Below, piece by piece: positions 1 through 9,572 of a stretch of 64,000 nt of DNA. The DNA is taken from the IMG/VR virus record IMGVR_UViG_2630968332_000001, positions 1 to 64,000 of that record, one strand, 5' to 3'. The position numbers were made by a program, and so were the translations under genes. Below the pieces are notes generated by a model that did not search any database, was not told the origin of the DNA, and was given only the letters and a program-made list of their open reading frames with translations. Numbering within the stretch: the stretch's first letter is position 1; each line of letters starts with the position of its first letter. The DNA comes from a virus. Lineage: Duplodnaviria > Caudoviricetes.

Positions 1-60
1 ATAACAAATACAAAGATGTTCTACATTTATACATGTATATATGTGGTAATGTGTACAATG
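1..60. repeat. TGTACA/TACAT-type ~8-bp repeats upstream of parA (plasmid-type centromere/operator candidate)
   Basis: ctacatttatacatgtatatatgtggtaatgtgtaca; same motif class at 1591-1630 and 2060-2190. Confidence 0.5.
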
Positions 61-119
61 GGGTTGATAAATTATTTTTTTAAGAATATACTAAAAGCAT
101 AATATTGGAGGTGCTTATC

Positions 120-992
120 ATGCGTTATACTAAGAAGACTTTTGCTGAATTAAAAGATGTTATAGAAAAACGTGGTAAGGGTATCACAGTTGTTATTGGT
201 AATCAAAAAGGTGGAGTTGGTAAGACTGCCAATGCTACTATCATGTCATATATACTAGCCAAGCATGGTATCAAGACACTTGTAGTTGATTTAGACCCAC
301 AAGCTAATGCTAGTGAAACTCTAGTCCATACTATGTCACGAAATTCAGAAGATGGGAGAATACCAGCTATTAAGAAGACAATCTTATTAGGTATATCCGA
401 AGGTGATTTAACTGACCTACCTGTTAAAATTATGGATAATTTATATCTTCTACCTAGTTATATAGATTTTGAAGGCTTCACAGAATATTTATATGAACAT
501 ACTAATAATGAATATGAAAGAAACCATTTCCTAAAACCATTATTAGACCCATTGAAAGAAGATTATGATGTAATCATCTTAGATATGCCACCATTGATGA
601 GAGAAATTAGAGATAATGCTGTTGTATTATCAGATTATGTATTAATCGTATTACAAACGCAAGAACATGCTTTAGTTGGTGCTAAGAGATACATTAAGAA
701 GTTGATTGAACTTAGACATAAATACGATTTGCCAGTAGACCTACTCGGTGTTATTGGAGTATTAAACAATAGACGTGGACGTGTAGATAAGATTGTTTTA
801 GATGAGGCTAAAAGAGATATTGGTGAAGACCTTGTTTTTGAAACAGTAGTACCTAATATGGAAAGAATAAAGAGATTCCCTATTCAAGGTGTTGGAGAAG
901 ATGATAGATTCGACACTCAAGTATTAGATGTTTATCGTAAGATTACTACTGAATTTGCTAAGAGATTAACAGAGGCTGAAACGAGAGAGTAA
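120..992 (+). CDS. parA: ParA/Soj family partition ATPase
   Basis: Deviant Walker A GNQKGGVGKT, VVDLDPQANA, IILDMPP; GGAGG RBS before ATG 120. Confidence 0.95.
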   Translation: MRYTKKTFAELKDVIEKRGKGITVVIGNQKGGVGKTANATIMSYILAKHGIKTLVVDLDPQANASETLVHTMSRNSEDGRIPAIKKTILLGISEGDLTDLPVKIMDNLYLLPSYIDFEGFTEYLYEHTNNEYERNHFLKPLLDPLKEDYDVIILDMPPLMREIRDNAVVLSDYVLIVLQTQEHALVGAKRYIKKLIELRHKYDLPVDLLGVIGVLNNRRGRVDKIVLDEAKRDIGEDLVFETVVPNMERIKRFPIQGVGEDDRFDTQVLDVYRKITTEFAKRLTEAETRE

Positions 993-1186
993 AAAAGATA
1001 TATTATGTTAGAAAGTGTAAAAATATGGAGCAAACTTAAAATATCTTCACAAAAAAATGAATATATCTTGACTTTTATTATAAGCAACCATATAATAAAT
1101 AATGTAAGATATGGAGGAAAGGAGATAATAGCTCTTTCTAGTTAAGTATTCATATACTTAATTCCATATTGTTATAGTAATGTGAT

Positions 1187-1507
1187 ATGTCATCAATCAA
1201 AAGAACAAGTAATTTAGAAGACTTGGCTAGTAAGGATAACTTTAAGCCAGAAAATACTTACGATACAGTTAAAAGCGAAGGCAAGACTGAGAAAAGAAGA
1301 ACACGTAAAGATAAAAGATACAGTTCTATGCGACTTAAAACTGGAACACGTAAAGAATTTGACGCTTATAAACTTGCTACCAAACTTAAATATGATGATG
1401 ATGGTTTAGTTAGACTAATGGACTTCTGGAAAGCAAATGCGAAGATGTCACAACGTAAAAGATTTGATATGTATCTAATGGGTGCTGAGGAAGAAGACGA
1501 AGATTAG
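1187..1507 (+). CDS. Putative ParA partner (small centromere-binding adaptor)
   Basis: Small basic protein after parA; flexible N-terminus; KRYSSMRLK...KYDD motif shared with the next three ORFs. Confidence 0.6.
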   Translation: MSSIKRTSNLEDLASKDNFKPENTYDTVKSEGKTEKRRTRKDKRYSSMRLKTGTRKEFDAYKLATKLKYDDDGLVRLMDFWKANAKMSQRKRFDMYLMGAEEEDED

Positions 1508-1590
1508 TTATCAATCTAAACTATTATATAAATGGACAAAAAGTAACAGATATTAGACGCTGTTGTACCAGCGTTTATATTTGTGGCTAA

Positions 1591-1630
1591 AATTTGTACA
1601 CATTTGTACATGTACACATTTACACAAAAA
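1591..1630. repeat. 8-bp-period TGTACA repeats
   Basis: aatttgtacacatttgtacatgtacacatttacaca. Confidence 0.65.
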
Positions 1631-1651
1631 TTAGATAGGAGTGATTTTATA

Positions 1652-2059
1652 GTGTACTGTCAAACATGCGGTGCGATTAATCGTGAGGACGCTAAGTTCT
1701 GTTTTAAATGTGGAGATAAACTTGAAAAAGGTATCGAACCAAATAGAATTGTGATTCCAGCAGACGTACAACCACAACATGGTGATGACGAAGATATTGA
1801 AGCTATCGAATTGGAATACATCAAAAAGTCATTAAATAGTGGTAGTGGGACTAAGAACCAACAATGTGGTTTTAGAATTAATAAAGATATTAGAGAAAGA
1901 ATGGACACTCTAAAGAATATCACGAGATTGAAGTTCGATTATCAAGTCGCTGATTATCTTTTAGATTTCCATAGACGTCATGCGACACCAAGACAATTAG
2001 GTCTATATGCAGCCTACGATAGTATTAAAAGTAATGACGTAGCAACGGATAATGAATAG
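1652..2059 (+). CDS. Zinc-ribbon protein, paralog of parA partner
   Basis: CxxC...CxxC N-terminus, KFDY motif; AGGAG RBS before GTG 1652. Confidence 0.7.
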   Translation: MYCQTCGAINREDAKFCFKCGDKLEKGIEPNRIVIPADVQPQHGDDEDIEAIELEYIKKSLNSGSGTKNQQCGFRINKDIRERMDTLKNITRLKFDYQVADYLLDFHRRHATPRQLGLYAAYDSIKSNDVATDNE

Positions 2060-2190
2060 ACAAGTATACATGTAGAAGTGTACAAAGTTCCACAAATAAA
2101 GATGTAAGAATACTTATATATAGGTGTTTTAAGAACTTCATGTACATATGTAGAAATGTAGAACTGTACAAATGTACACAAATATAGTAA
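2060..2190. repeat. Degenerate 8-bp-period TGTACA/TGTAGA repeats
   Basis: catgtacatatgtagaaatgtagaactgtacaaatgtacacaaat. Confidence 0.65.
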
Positions 2191-2208
2191 ATTATGGAGG
2201 TAAATAAT

Positions 2209-2559
2209 ATGATTTGTCCTAAATGTAATAATGAAAATTCTGATAAGGCTATGTACTGCATGTACTGTGCTAATAAGATTGGTAGAACTTATAATGTGGA
2301 AGATAATGTAGAGAAAATCGAAAGCATTGTTGCTGCCAATAATGATAAACCCAAGAGCAAAGGTAAGAAAGCTAAGAATCCAAACCAAGCTGTTAACATT
2401 AAGATGAGTGAAGACCTTAAATATGACCTTGAAATATTTAAAGCAATGATGTCTATTAAGTTTGATTACGCAGCTATTAGTTACTTATTGCAAGATTGGG
2501 CTGAACGTTTAGACCCATCTGAAAGAGCTGTATATGACGCATTGAGAGCAAGACAGTGA
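2209..2559 (+). CDS. Zinc-ribbon protein, paralog of parA partner
   Basis: CPKC...CMYC, KFDY motif; GGAGG RBS. Confidence 0.7.
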   Translation: MICPKCNNENSDKAMYCMYCANKIGRTYNVEDNVEKIESIVAANNDKPKSKGKKAKNPNQAVNIKMSEDLKYDLEIFKAMMSIKFDYAAISYLLQDWAERLDPSERAVYDALRARQ

Positions 2560-2570
2560 GAGTAGTTAAT

Positions 2571-2978
2571 ATGAAACTTTGTAAAGAATGTAGAACAGAA
2601 AACCCAGATTATGCGAATATGTGCTGTGTATGTGGTAGTAAAAACCTAGTTCGTTTCGATGAAGTGATTGATACGTATATGGAATTAGACGCAAACAAGA
2701 GCAAGAAGAGTACTAAGTTTAATGATTTATGCGAATACATTGACGACCCATTAGTATTAGATGACAAGAGATACACATCAGCAAGGTTAAAAGACCTTAC
2801 AAGAAGAGTATTTGACGGATATAAGATTGTAGAGAATATCAAATACGATAACGAGGCTACATTTTCATTGGTGAATTATTGGACTACACATCCCGACACT
2901 AAGGCATATAAAATCGACAAGTTAGATGATATTGTCAGAATGTATTTTGATAGAGATAAGAGCTTAAGAACTATCTAA
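2571..2978 (+). CDS. Zinc-ribbon protein, paralog of parA partner
   Basis: CKEC...CCVC, DKRYTSARLK...KYDN motif. Confidence 0.7.
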   Translation: MKLCKECRTENPDYANMCCVCGSKNLVRFDEVIDTYMELDANKSKKSTKFNDLCEYIDDPLVLDDKRYTSARLKDLTRRVFDGYKIVENIKYDNEATFSLVNYWTTHPDTKAYKIDKLDDIVRMYFDRDKSLRTI

Positions 2979-3000
2979 CCAAGCTAAATAGTGATATAAT

Positions 3001-3245
3001 AAAAGGCGATACAGGGGCTTTCTCCTTTTGCCCGCCTGTGTCACCAATGTGATATTTTTCCGACTAACCCTTCTGCCTATAGAGTTAGTCTTAAAATACT
3101 AGCAACATCACACTCCATAGTTTGTTGCTAAATTGAGTTCCAGACCGTTGTATCCTTCTGCAGCGGTCTTTTTATTTAGATAGCTTTCTATGAATTATAT
3201 AGGAATATTTTAGACCGTTACATTAGCTTGTATCGGTCTTTTATT
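3001..3245 (+). ncRNA. Putative multi-hairpin small RNA with CU-rich loops
   Basis: TATAAT at 2995-3000 then five consecutive stem-loops, the last two with U tails. Confidence 0.45.
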
Positions 3246-4573
3246 TTGCCTTAATATCATAGTTGTATCATGAACTACACTATAATAAGCAGCATTATAG
3301 ATTTACATACGGTATTTTAACGCATGATAAGGTAGTGATTGTCATGTAAGTCTTAAAAACCATATAAACAAGGTCTGTTTAGCATTTGTGGGAGTTTTAT
3401 TTTTAGAATTTCGTTTTGAAAACTCAATGTAAGCGTGATAATAAGGGGCTAATATGACAACTTCTGAAATGAGTGATTTTAGGGGTAAAAACATAAGGTT
3501 TACCACCTTGTAAAGCCAGATGTAGATGTGTCGCTTATTAAGGATAATTTTAGAGGCATGAATATAAAATCTAAATAAAAACTAGGTAATAATGTCATAA
3601 AGATAAGATAAAGTTATAGTAAAGTATGGAGAAAAGTAAATTGGAGTGAGTGAAAAATTCACTGTTTACATGGGCATATTAAGGTAGATTTTTTGGAAGA
3701 ATGAAAGAGAAAACAGAACTTTCCATTTTTCGTACCAGCAGAGTAGCTGCGAGTGTATTGTTACAATGGTGTAGCTCACAGGGACTTTTGTCAATGATTT
3801 ATAGACAAAACTTGATGTGTCTTAGTGTGTATTTTGAGCAGTTTTTGAGTGCAATTATAGTGAGCTAAAAAGGTCGAAATCTATGAAAAAGCAAAATATT
3901 TTATAAAAGTAGAGTGAATTTGCAGCTGGAAATTGTGAAGATTTTGTGAAGATTATAATTGGAGTGATTGTAATGGCTGGAATTGAGTTTGTTAATTATA
4001 AGATTATTGTTATGTAATTAGTTAGATTTAATGTATGGGTGATATGGGGAGATACAGGCAATATTATAGTGTTTTTGAGCTTAATAAGGGGTGTTAGTAT
4101 CATTTTATGTAAGAAGGGAAGGGTGAATAGCCTTTTAAGGCTGCTAACACAGCTAAATTAGGAGTAAAAACGCAATGTAAGACAGTTAGAGAATGGGGTG
4201 GTGTGGTAATGGAATTTGGGGTATTCTGGTAGGAATTTGGGGTGTGTGGGGAGAGCTACTGTACCTAAAAGATTGTGCAAAATTTAAAAGATTTGAGATA
4301 AATAGGGGGCTTCCTCTATGTAAAATAATTCTAGTTATTTTTCGAATGCTAAAAAAGTATATATTTTGATCCTTAAAAAAGATTAAAAATGAAAGCGTTT
4401 TCAGAATAAAATCAAGCTTCATAAAAATTAATAGAGTGAAGATGTATCTATAAATTAAATTTATAGTATCTATAAGAATAACTTATATTTTGCACTATTA
4501 ATAAAAATTGATACACAAACTCTCTATTATACCACACTCCACACAATAACACAATACTATATTTAAAATAATA

Positions 4574-4589
4574 TGTTTCACGTGAAACA
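4574..4589. promoter_or_regulatory. parS: Canonical chromosomal parS site (Spo0J/ParB box)
   Basis: Perfect TGTTTCACGTGAAACA inside a 22-bp palindrome (4571-4592). Confidence 0.85.
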
Positions 4590-4599
4590 TATATAGTTT

Positions 4600-4925
4600 A
4601 TAACAATTCTAAAATAATAAAGATTATAGCTTCACAATATTTATTACATTGTAAAAATTCTAAAATAACAAAAACTCTCACTTTTTAATTATTCTAAACT
4701 GATAAAGATTACTAAACTAGAAACATTCTAAACCAATAAACATTCTAAACTAATAACGATTATAAGTTAATAACTATTACAACATTATAACATTTATCAC
4801 TTTATAACTATTCTAAACTATGTAACATCTTTATGAAGCTTATTATTTACTTACAATAAGTAAGTAATATACACTCAATTAACTAGATGTAACGCCCTTA
4901 ACACTTATAACAAACTCTAAAATGT
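4600..4925 (+). repeat. ATTCTAAA direct repeat cluster
   Basis: About 6-7 copies of (a/c)attctaaa(a/c)t in gene-free DNA. Confidence 0.6.
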
Positions 4926-5352
4926 ATATTATAGTAGATACAACACAATAAGCACTTATAACGATAAGCATAATATTATATTAACATCTACACCTATAAA
5001 TACCAAACTGTATACGCTCAAAACCTTGATGTATCAACGTTTATCGCGCTTACATTACATAGATTATACATGATAACTGCATATATATACACGTATAAGA
5101 CACCTATAATACTAACCATATATAACACTATGAAAAGCCTTATATAATAGCATTTATAGCACCATACCACCATAAGATTATAATAAAATACTTATAACAA
5201 TAAAATAAGCATAAAATAAAGCTTCACAAAATACACCAATTCAAAAACATTATTATATCAAGTTTTCACAGTGTTTTCATAAAGTAAATGAAAGCGATTA
5301 AACACTTATTAAATAAGGGTTTAATAGTGCTTGAATAATACCATCTTATAAT

Positions 5353-5712
5353 TTACTTGCTAGAGGTTAGCCCTTGTAAAAATGCTTTCAATGCTATTAT
5401 ATCGGTACTTGTAAGCGTTTTACCATTGTATGAAATACCAGTTTTCAAAATGGTATCTAATTCTTTATCATTCATAAGATTTTTATTATTTTTATTATTA
5501 GATAGACCATAGATATAATCTAAACTTACATTATACAAATTAGCTAATTTTAAAGCGTTTATACTGGTTAATATGTTTTTACCGTGTTCAATATCTGAGT
5601 AAGTACCGTGGCTTTTTAGGTCAATTTTTTTAGCTATATCTTGCATGGTGTAACCGTGCTTCAATCTTAATTCTTTCAATCTTTCAGAAGATAAACTTAT
5701 ATTATACAACAT
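5353..5712 (-). CDS. Xre-family HTH repressor
   Basis: RLKELRLKHGYTMQDIA...YSDIEHG...YNVSLDYIYG; divergent from the promoter cluster. Confidence 0.9.
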   Translation of the reverse strand: MLYNISLSSERLKELRLKHGYTMQDIAKKIDLKSHGTYSDIEHGKNILTSINALKLANLYNVSLDYIYGLSNNKNNKNLMNDKELDTILKTGISYNGKTLTSTDIIALKAFLQGLTSSK

Positions 5713-5867
5713 ATAAATTATTTTAACCTTTCATTTTTTATTATAATAGTAGAAACTATTTAATTCTTACTTTTTATTATACCCCACAAACGTTATTATA
5801 TCAAGGTTTTAACGGGTTTTTATACTAGATGTTAGCAATCTTTTTTTCAAAAATATTATAAAAGGTG

Positions 5868-6336
5868 TTGACAAGCTAACAAAAAGGGTTTATAGTGTTA
5901 TTGTCGATGAGGTCGACAACACAAAAAAGCATATTTTTTTATTGGAAGCTTCCAATTTCAAAATTTTTGAAAAAAAGAGTTGACAATAAAATATATATAT
6001 GTTTTAATAATGTTGTCGATTAGGTCGACAAATTGGAAGCCGTAGATTGACGGTATATAATATCAATTCATACTTAATTTAATATCATCTTCCAGTAAAG
6101 GAAGCTACAAAATAAAGATTTTTAAAATCTTTTTTAAAAAAGTAGTTGACAAAATGGAAGATATAAATTATATTAAGATTGTCGATTAAAACGACAAGCT
6201 ATATAATAATTTTAGGAAGCTACCACTTCCTAACCTTGAAAAATCAAGTTTTTAAAAGATTTTGATTTTTTTAAAAAAAGTACTTGACAAAATTCAAGGA
6301 AGTAATTATTATATAAATTGTCGATAAGGTCGACAA
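5868..6336 (+). promoter_or_regulatory. Four tandem sigmaA promoters, each followed by a TTGTCGA-N5-TCGACAA operator
   Basis: TTGACA at 5868, 5980, 6146, 6284 with 17-bp spacers to -10 boxes; palindromes at 5901, 6013, 6179, 6318. Confidence 0.85.
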
Positions 6337-6344
6337 AAAAATAA

Positions 6345-6785
6345 AGCCCTTGAGTTGAGGCTTCCGACAATATCAACTTAATTAGTCAATTTAACTGTAG
6401 TCCCCCGCACGTGGGGGAGGTAAAACATAGCGTGCAAAATACACCACTCTTCAGGTGGGGGTGGTGGGTAAAATAAACTACTATCTAATCCCTGGGTAGC
6501 CCTGGGCGTTCTTTGGACAATTTCATAAAAATTAGAGGTTAGCTTCCTCTAGAGTGGTAGCCGTAACACTATAAAAACGGAAGAGCGTATGCAAGCATAG
6601 CATACACACTCGGTCAAAAGCGGGCTTTCAAGGTGGAGTGCACCCTCCCTCGCTTTCACTAGCAATGGTAAAAGCGGTACTGAGTACGTCAATAAAATTG
6701 AGAGCCTGGCGTGATTTGCTTAATAACCCGCATACGGTAGGGGTATCAGAACGGACGTGGAAACACGCATGCTACCAGACTATAT
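6345..6785 (+). ncRNA. Putative large structured RNA, first transcript of the early operon
   Basis: GC-enriched, hairpin-rich, no credible ORF, directly after the promoters. Confidence 0.55.
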
Positions 6786-6933
6786 ATAAATATAGTTTAA
6801 TGTTTGACAAAACTTGTATAGTTTCATACAACCTCTTAATATACCTCAACAAAATCAATTAATTTTGATTTTGTTTTAAAGCACTGTTGAAAAATAGTGT
6901 TTTAAATAAAAATCAAAAACGAGGTATAAAATT

Positions 6934-7227
6934 ATGAGGAAGTTTGTTAAAAGTTTCAATGAAAAAGGCTATGGTTATGTATTAACAGTAGAAGAAGAAA
7001 ACGGCTGGTATTATCCAACTATTGACTTCGGAGATGGTTACATTTGTAAGCCTAATATAAAAGGTCGCGATATATCATGGCTTCGCATGTTTGCAAGATT
7101 CCATGATATTGAACTAGACTTTTTAACAGTATCTAAAGAGTACAAAATTGACTACGCTTTAAAGTTTTTCAACAAGCATATTAATGTAGAAGAAGAGTTG
7201 AAAGACTTTTATATTGAAATGTATTAA
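6934..7227 (+). CDS. Hypothetical early protein
   Basis: GAGG RBS, ORF. Confidence 0.75.
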   Translation: MRKFVKSFNEKGYGYVLTVEEENGWYYPTIDFGDGYICKPNIKGRDISWLRMFARFHDIELDFLTVSKEYKIDYALKFFNKHINVEEELKDFYIEMY

Positions 7228-7258
7228 CCTAATAAAATCTATGAGGAGGTACTTTAAA

Positions 7259-7513
7259 ATGAAAAAAGTACTAAAAAATCTAGACTCAATCATGTTGAGT
7301 CGTAAAGTTGATAGTGATAGTAAAAATACCATCACTAATCTAATGGATAGTAAGAGTATATACACAACACGTACGCTTGCTAGAGTTGGTGTAAAGGTTC
7401 AACCAAGAAGAAGAAAGCGTAGAATTGCTAGACTAATGATTGAACTAGCACCTAAACATAGTGAATTGTCTGATATTGAATATCAGTTACTAGAATTTCA
7501 AGAAGAGATATAA
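7259..7513 (+). CDS. Hypothetical basic early protein
   Basis: GAGGAGG RBS before ATG 7259. Confidence 0.75.
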   Translation: MKKVLKNLDSIMLSRKVDSDSKNTITNLMDSKSIYTTRTLARVGVKVQPRRRKRRIARLMIELAPKHSELSDIEYQLLEFQEEI

Positions 7514-7515
7514 CT

Positions 7516-7591
7516 AACCACGTATAGACAAACTCAAAAACGAGTTGCCACCGTGCAAGTCGGTGGGTGGTTTTACCACTTGAAAAAGTGG
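7516..7591 (+). ncRNA. tRNA-like mini-element plus leader hairpin (E1)
   Basis: aaccac/gtggtt closing stem, ccaccg-TGCAAGT-cggtgg T-arm, downstream hairpin. Confidence 0.6.
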
Positions 7592-7617
7592 ACAAAATTT
7601 AAGAGGAGGTATTCAAA

Positions 7618-8037
7618 ATGAATACACAATTTCAATTATTACACGAACGTAGTTTTAATAAAGGTTTAGACTTTATAGCCATAGACCTTGACGAAGTGGA
7701 GGACTACACAGACACACAAACAGAAAACGGTGTGTTATATGGAATCCTTGATGACCTAGACACGTTCGATTATCTAACTGAAAAGTTAGTAATAGATAGT
7801 AACGATAACTATTACTTACTATTTAGTAATAACGGTTGGTTATTCTTAAATAGTGCAATCAACGTGAAAGATGGTACTATTGGATATTTCAACTATATTG
7901 ACGACTCAGACACTGAGTGTGAATATGAACCAGTTACAACAATATCAAGCCATGATATTAGATTGCTAACTGATGCGATAGATAGATATTATCTATCAGA
8001 TGGTTGCGATATTGTCAAGGTAACTGAAATTAAATAA
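7618..8037 (+). CDS. Acidic hypothetical early protein
   Basis: GAGGAGG RBS; D/E-rich. Confidence 0.8.
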   Translation: MNTQFQLLHERSFNKGLDFIAIDLDEVEDYTDTQTENGVLYGILDDLDTFDYLTEKLVIDSNDNYYLLFSNNGWLFLNSAINVKDGTIGYFNYIDDSDTECEYEPVTTISSHDIRLLTDAIDRYYLSDGCDIVKVTEIK

Positions 8038-8165
8038 ACTCAAAATTGGTTAGTCAAAAAAAGAATTTTTAAGAAAAAATAAATTTTATTGTTGACAATC
8101 CATAAAATAGAGTTAAAATAAAATTGTAAATTAAAAGTTTAGAGAATAAATTGGAGGAATATATC

Positions 8166-8330
8166 ATGAGACTAAATAAAAATGAATTGTTTGAAAAGAT
8201 GGATGAAATGGTGGAATTAATGGGTGCTGAAGCTGTACTTGAGGAACTAGCTCGTGCAATGAGTAGTGATGAATTACAAGAAAATTTAGAATATATTGAT
8301 AGGATGAATGAAACAGACTTATTTAGTTAA
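8166..8330 (+). CDS. Small acidic protein (54 aa, not in ORF track)
   Basis: GGAGG RBS; MRLNKNELFEKMDEMVELMGAEAVLEELARAMSSDELQENLEYIDRMNETDLFS. Confidence 0.8.
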   Translation: MRLNKNELFEKMDEMVELMGAEAVLEELARAMSSDELQENLEYIDRMNETDLFS

Positions 8331-8348
8331 GAGTCTAGAGAATAAATA

Positions 8349-8429
8349 AGGGTAGGTAGTTAGTACGAAGTGGACACTTTCAAGGTGCGACTCCTTGCTA
8401 TCCTATATCACTAAAAATAAATTTAGTGA
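8349..8429 (+). ncRNA. tRNA-like mini-element plus leader hairpin (E2)
   Basis: agggtag/ctatcct stem, caagg-TGCGACT-ccttg T-arm, tcactaaa hairpin. Confidence 0.7.
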
Positions 8430-8458
8430 GAAAAATAAATTTATGGAGGTAGTCTATT

Positions 8459-8683
8459 ATGACTAAAAAGAATTTTAAGATGAAATTACAAGAAACATTA
8501 GAAGGTAAAGGTGCGACAATAAGCACTAATTCTAATGGAGCTACTATCATATTCAACAATGAAACTGATTATAATGATTTTGCACTATTCATAGTACAAA
8601 ATTATTATAGCTTCAGTGAAGGGCTTGTTGTGAGTGGTAGTTATTACGATAACAGTAAAATAATAGTGTTGGATTACAAGTAA
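8459..8683 (+). CDS. Hypothetical early protein
   Basis: GGAGG RBS. Confidence 0.75.
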   Translation: MTKKNFKMKLQETLEGKGATISTNSNGATIIFNNETDYNDFALFIVQNYYSFSEGLVVSGSYYDNSKIIVLDYK

Positions 8684-8694
8684 AAATAAAAACA

Positions 8695-8772
8695 AGGGTA
8701 GGTTAGTACATAGAAAAAATTCTATCAAGGTGCGACTCCTTGCTATCCTATATCACTAATCAATATTAGTGA
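8695..8772 (+). ncRNA. tRNA-like mini-element plus leader hairpin (E3)
   Basis: Same closing stem and T-arm as E2, different internal hairpin. Confidence 0.7.
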
Positions 8773-8799
8773 AAAAAATAATTTTTAGAGGTGTAAAAA

Positions 8800-9132
8800 A
8801 TGAAAGAATATCATGTATATAATGCAACATACACAATTAAAGGAGTAGAAAAAAATTTTGATACTACCGTTACTTGTATAGTTAACGATTATTTTAACGA
8901 CTTATTTTTTGAAATGGAATTTAAAAAATACGATATGTTATGGTATGAAATACTCAATCTAGCATACATGGAGAAAAATAATTCACTATTTTACTTAGAA
9001 GAAACATACCTTGACAACCTGGAGCAAGCTGAAATAGATAATCTATTCAACTACCTCAATAACGAAGTATCAGATGAAAAAATAATAAAAGTATTAAATA
9101 AAAATGGTGTTACTTGCAAATTCTTATATTAA
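8800..9132 (+). CDS. Hypothetical early protein
   Basis: GAGG RBS. Confidence 0.75.
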   Translation: MKEYHVYNATYTIKGVEKNFDTTVTCIVNDYFNDLFFEMEFKKYDMLWYEILNLAYMEKNNSLFYLEETYLDNLEQAEIDNLFNYLNNEVSDEKIIKVLNKNGVTCKFLY

Positions 9133-9144
9133 AAAGAATTTTTA

Positions 9145-9224
9145 AAGGTAGATATTGGTATCAAGTGCAAACTTGTAAGGTTCGAATCCTTACTGCCTTA
9201 TATCACTAAAAATAAATTTAGTGA
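9145..9224 (+). ncRNA. tRNA-like mini-element plus leader hairpin (E4)
   Basis: gtaagg-TTCGAAT-ccttac canonical T-arm; aaggta/tgcctt stem. Confidence 0.75.
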
Positions 9225-9253
9225 GAAAAAAATAAATTTAGGAGGTACTAATC

Positions 9254-9508
9254 ATGTATATAAGTACTATAGACAAACAAACTAATTTTAGAAGGGCTTG
9301 GGATTTCATAGACTGCCACGAAGAATTGAAAAACCTTGACGATTTGAACGTGTGGACACTAGCAAAAGCATTTGATTATATAGACAGACTAAACAGACAC
9401 TTAAAAAGAGGTGTAATAACTGAAAGTGAATTTAATTTTGTAGTAGCTAAACACTTGATAGAAAAATTTAATGATAATGCTTTTACAATTTACACAAACA
9501 TTATATAG
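9254..9508 (+). CDS. Hypothetical early protein
   Basis: AGGAGG RBS. Confidence 0.75.
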   Translation: MYISTIDKQTNFRRAWDFIDCHEELKNLDDLNVWTLAKAFDYIDRLNRHLKRGVITESEFNFVVAKHLIEKFNDNAFTIYTNII

Positions 9509-9572
9509 AAAAAGAATTTTTAGTAAGTAATTTCAGTAGAAAAAAGAATTTAAAGAAATAGAGGTAATTATT

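Noticed and set aside
5868-6336. Four spaced palindromes as a possible CRISPR array
   Set aside because: Irregular 112-166-nt spacing, each tied to a -35/-10 promoter; better explained as operators
6638-6862. 74-aa ORF
   Set aside because: Weak start, atypical composition, overlaps structured RNA
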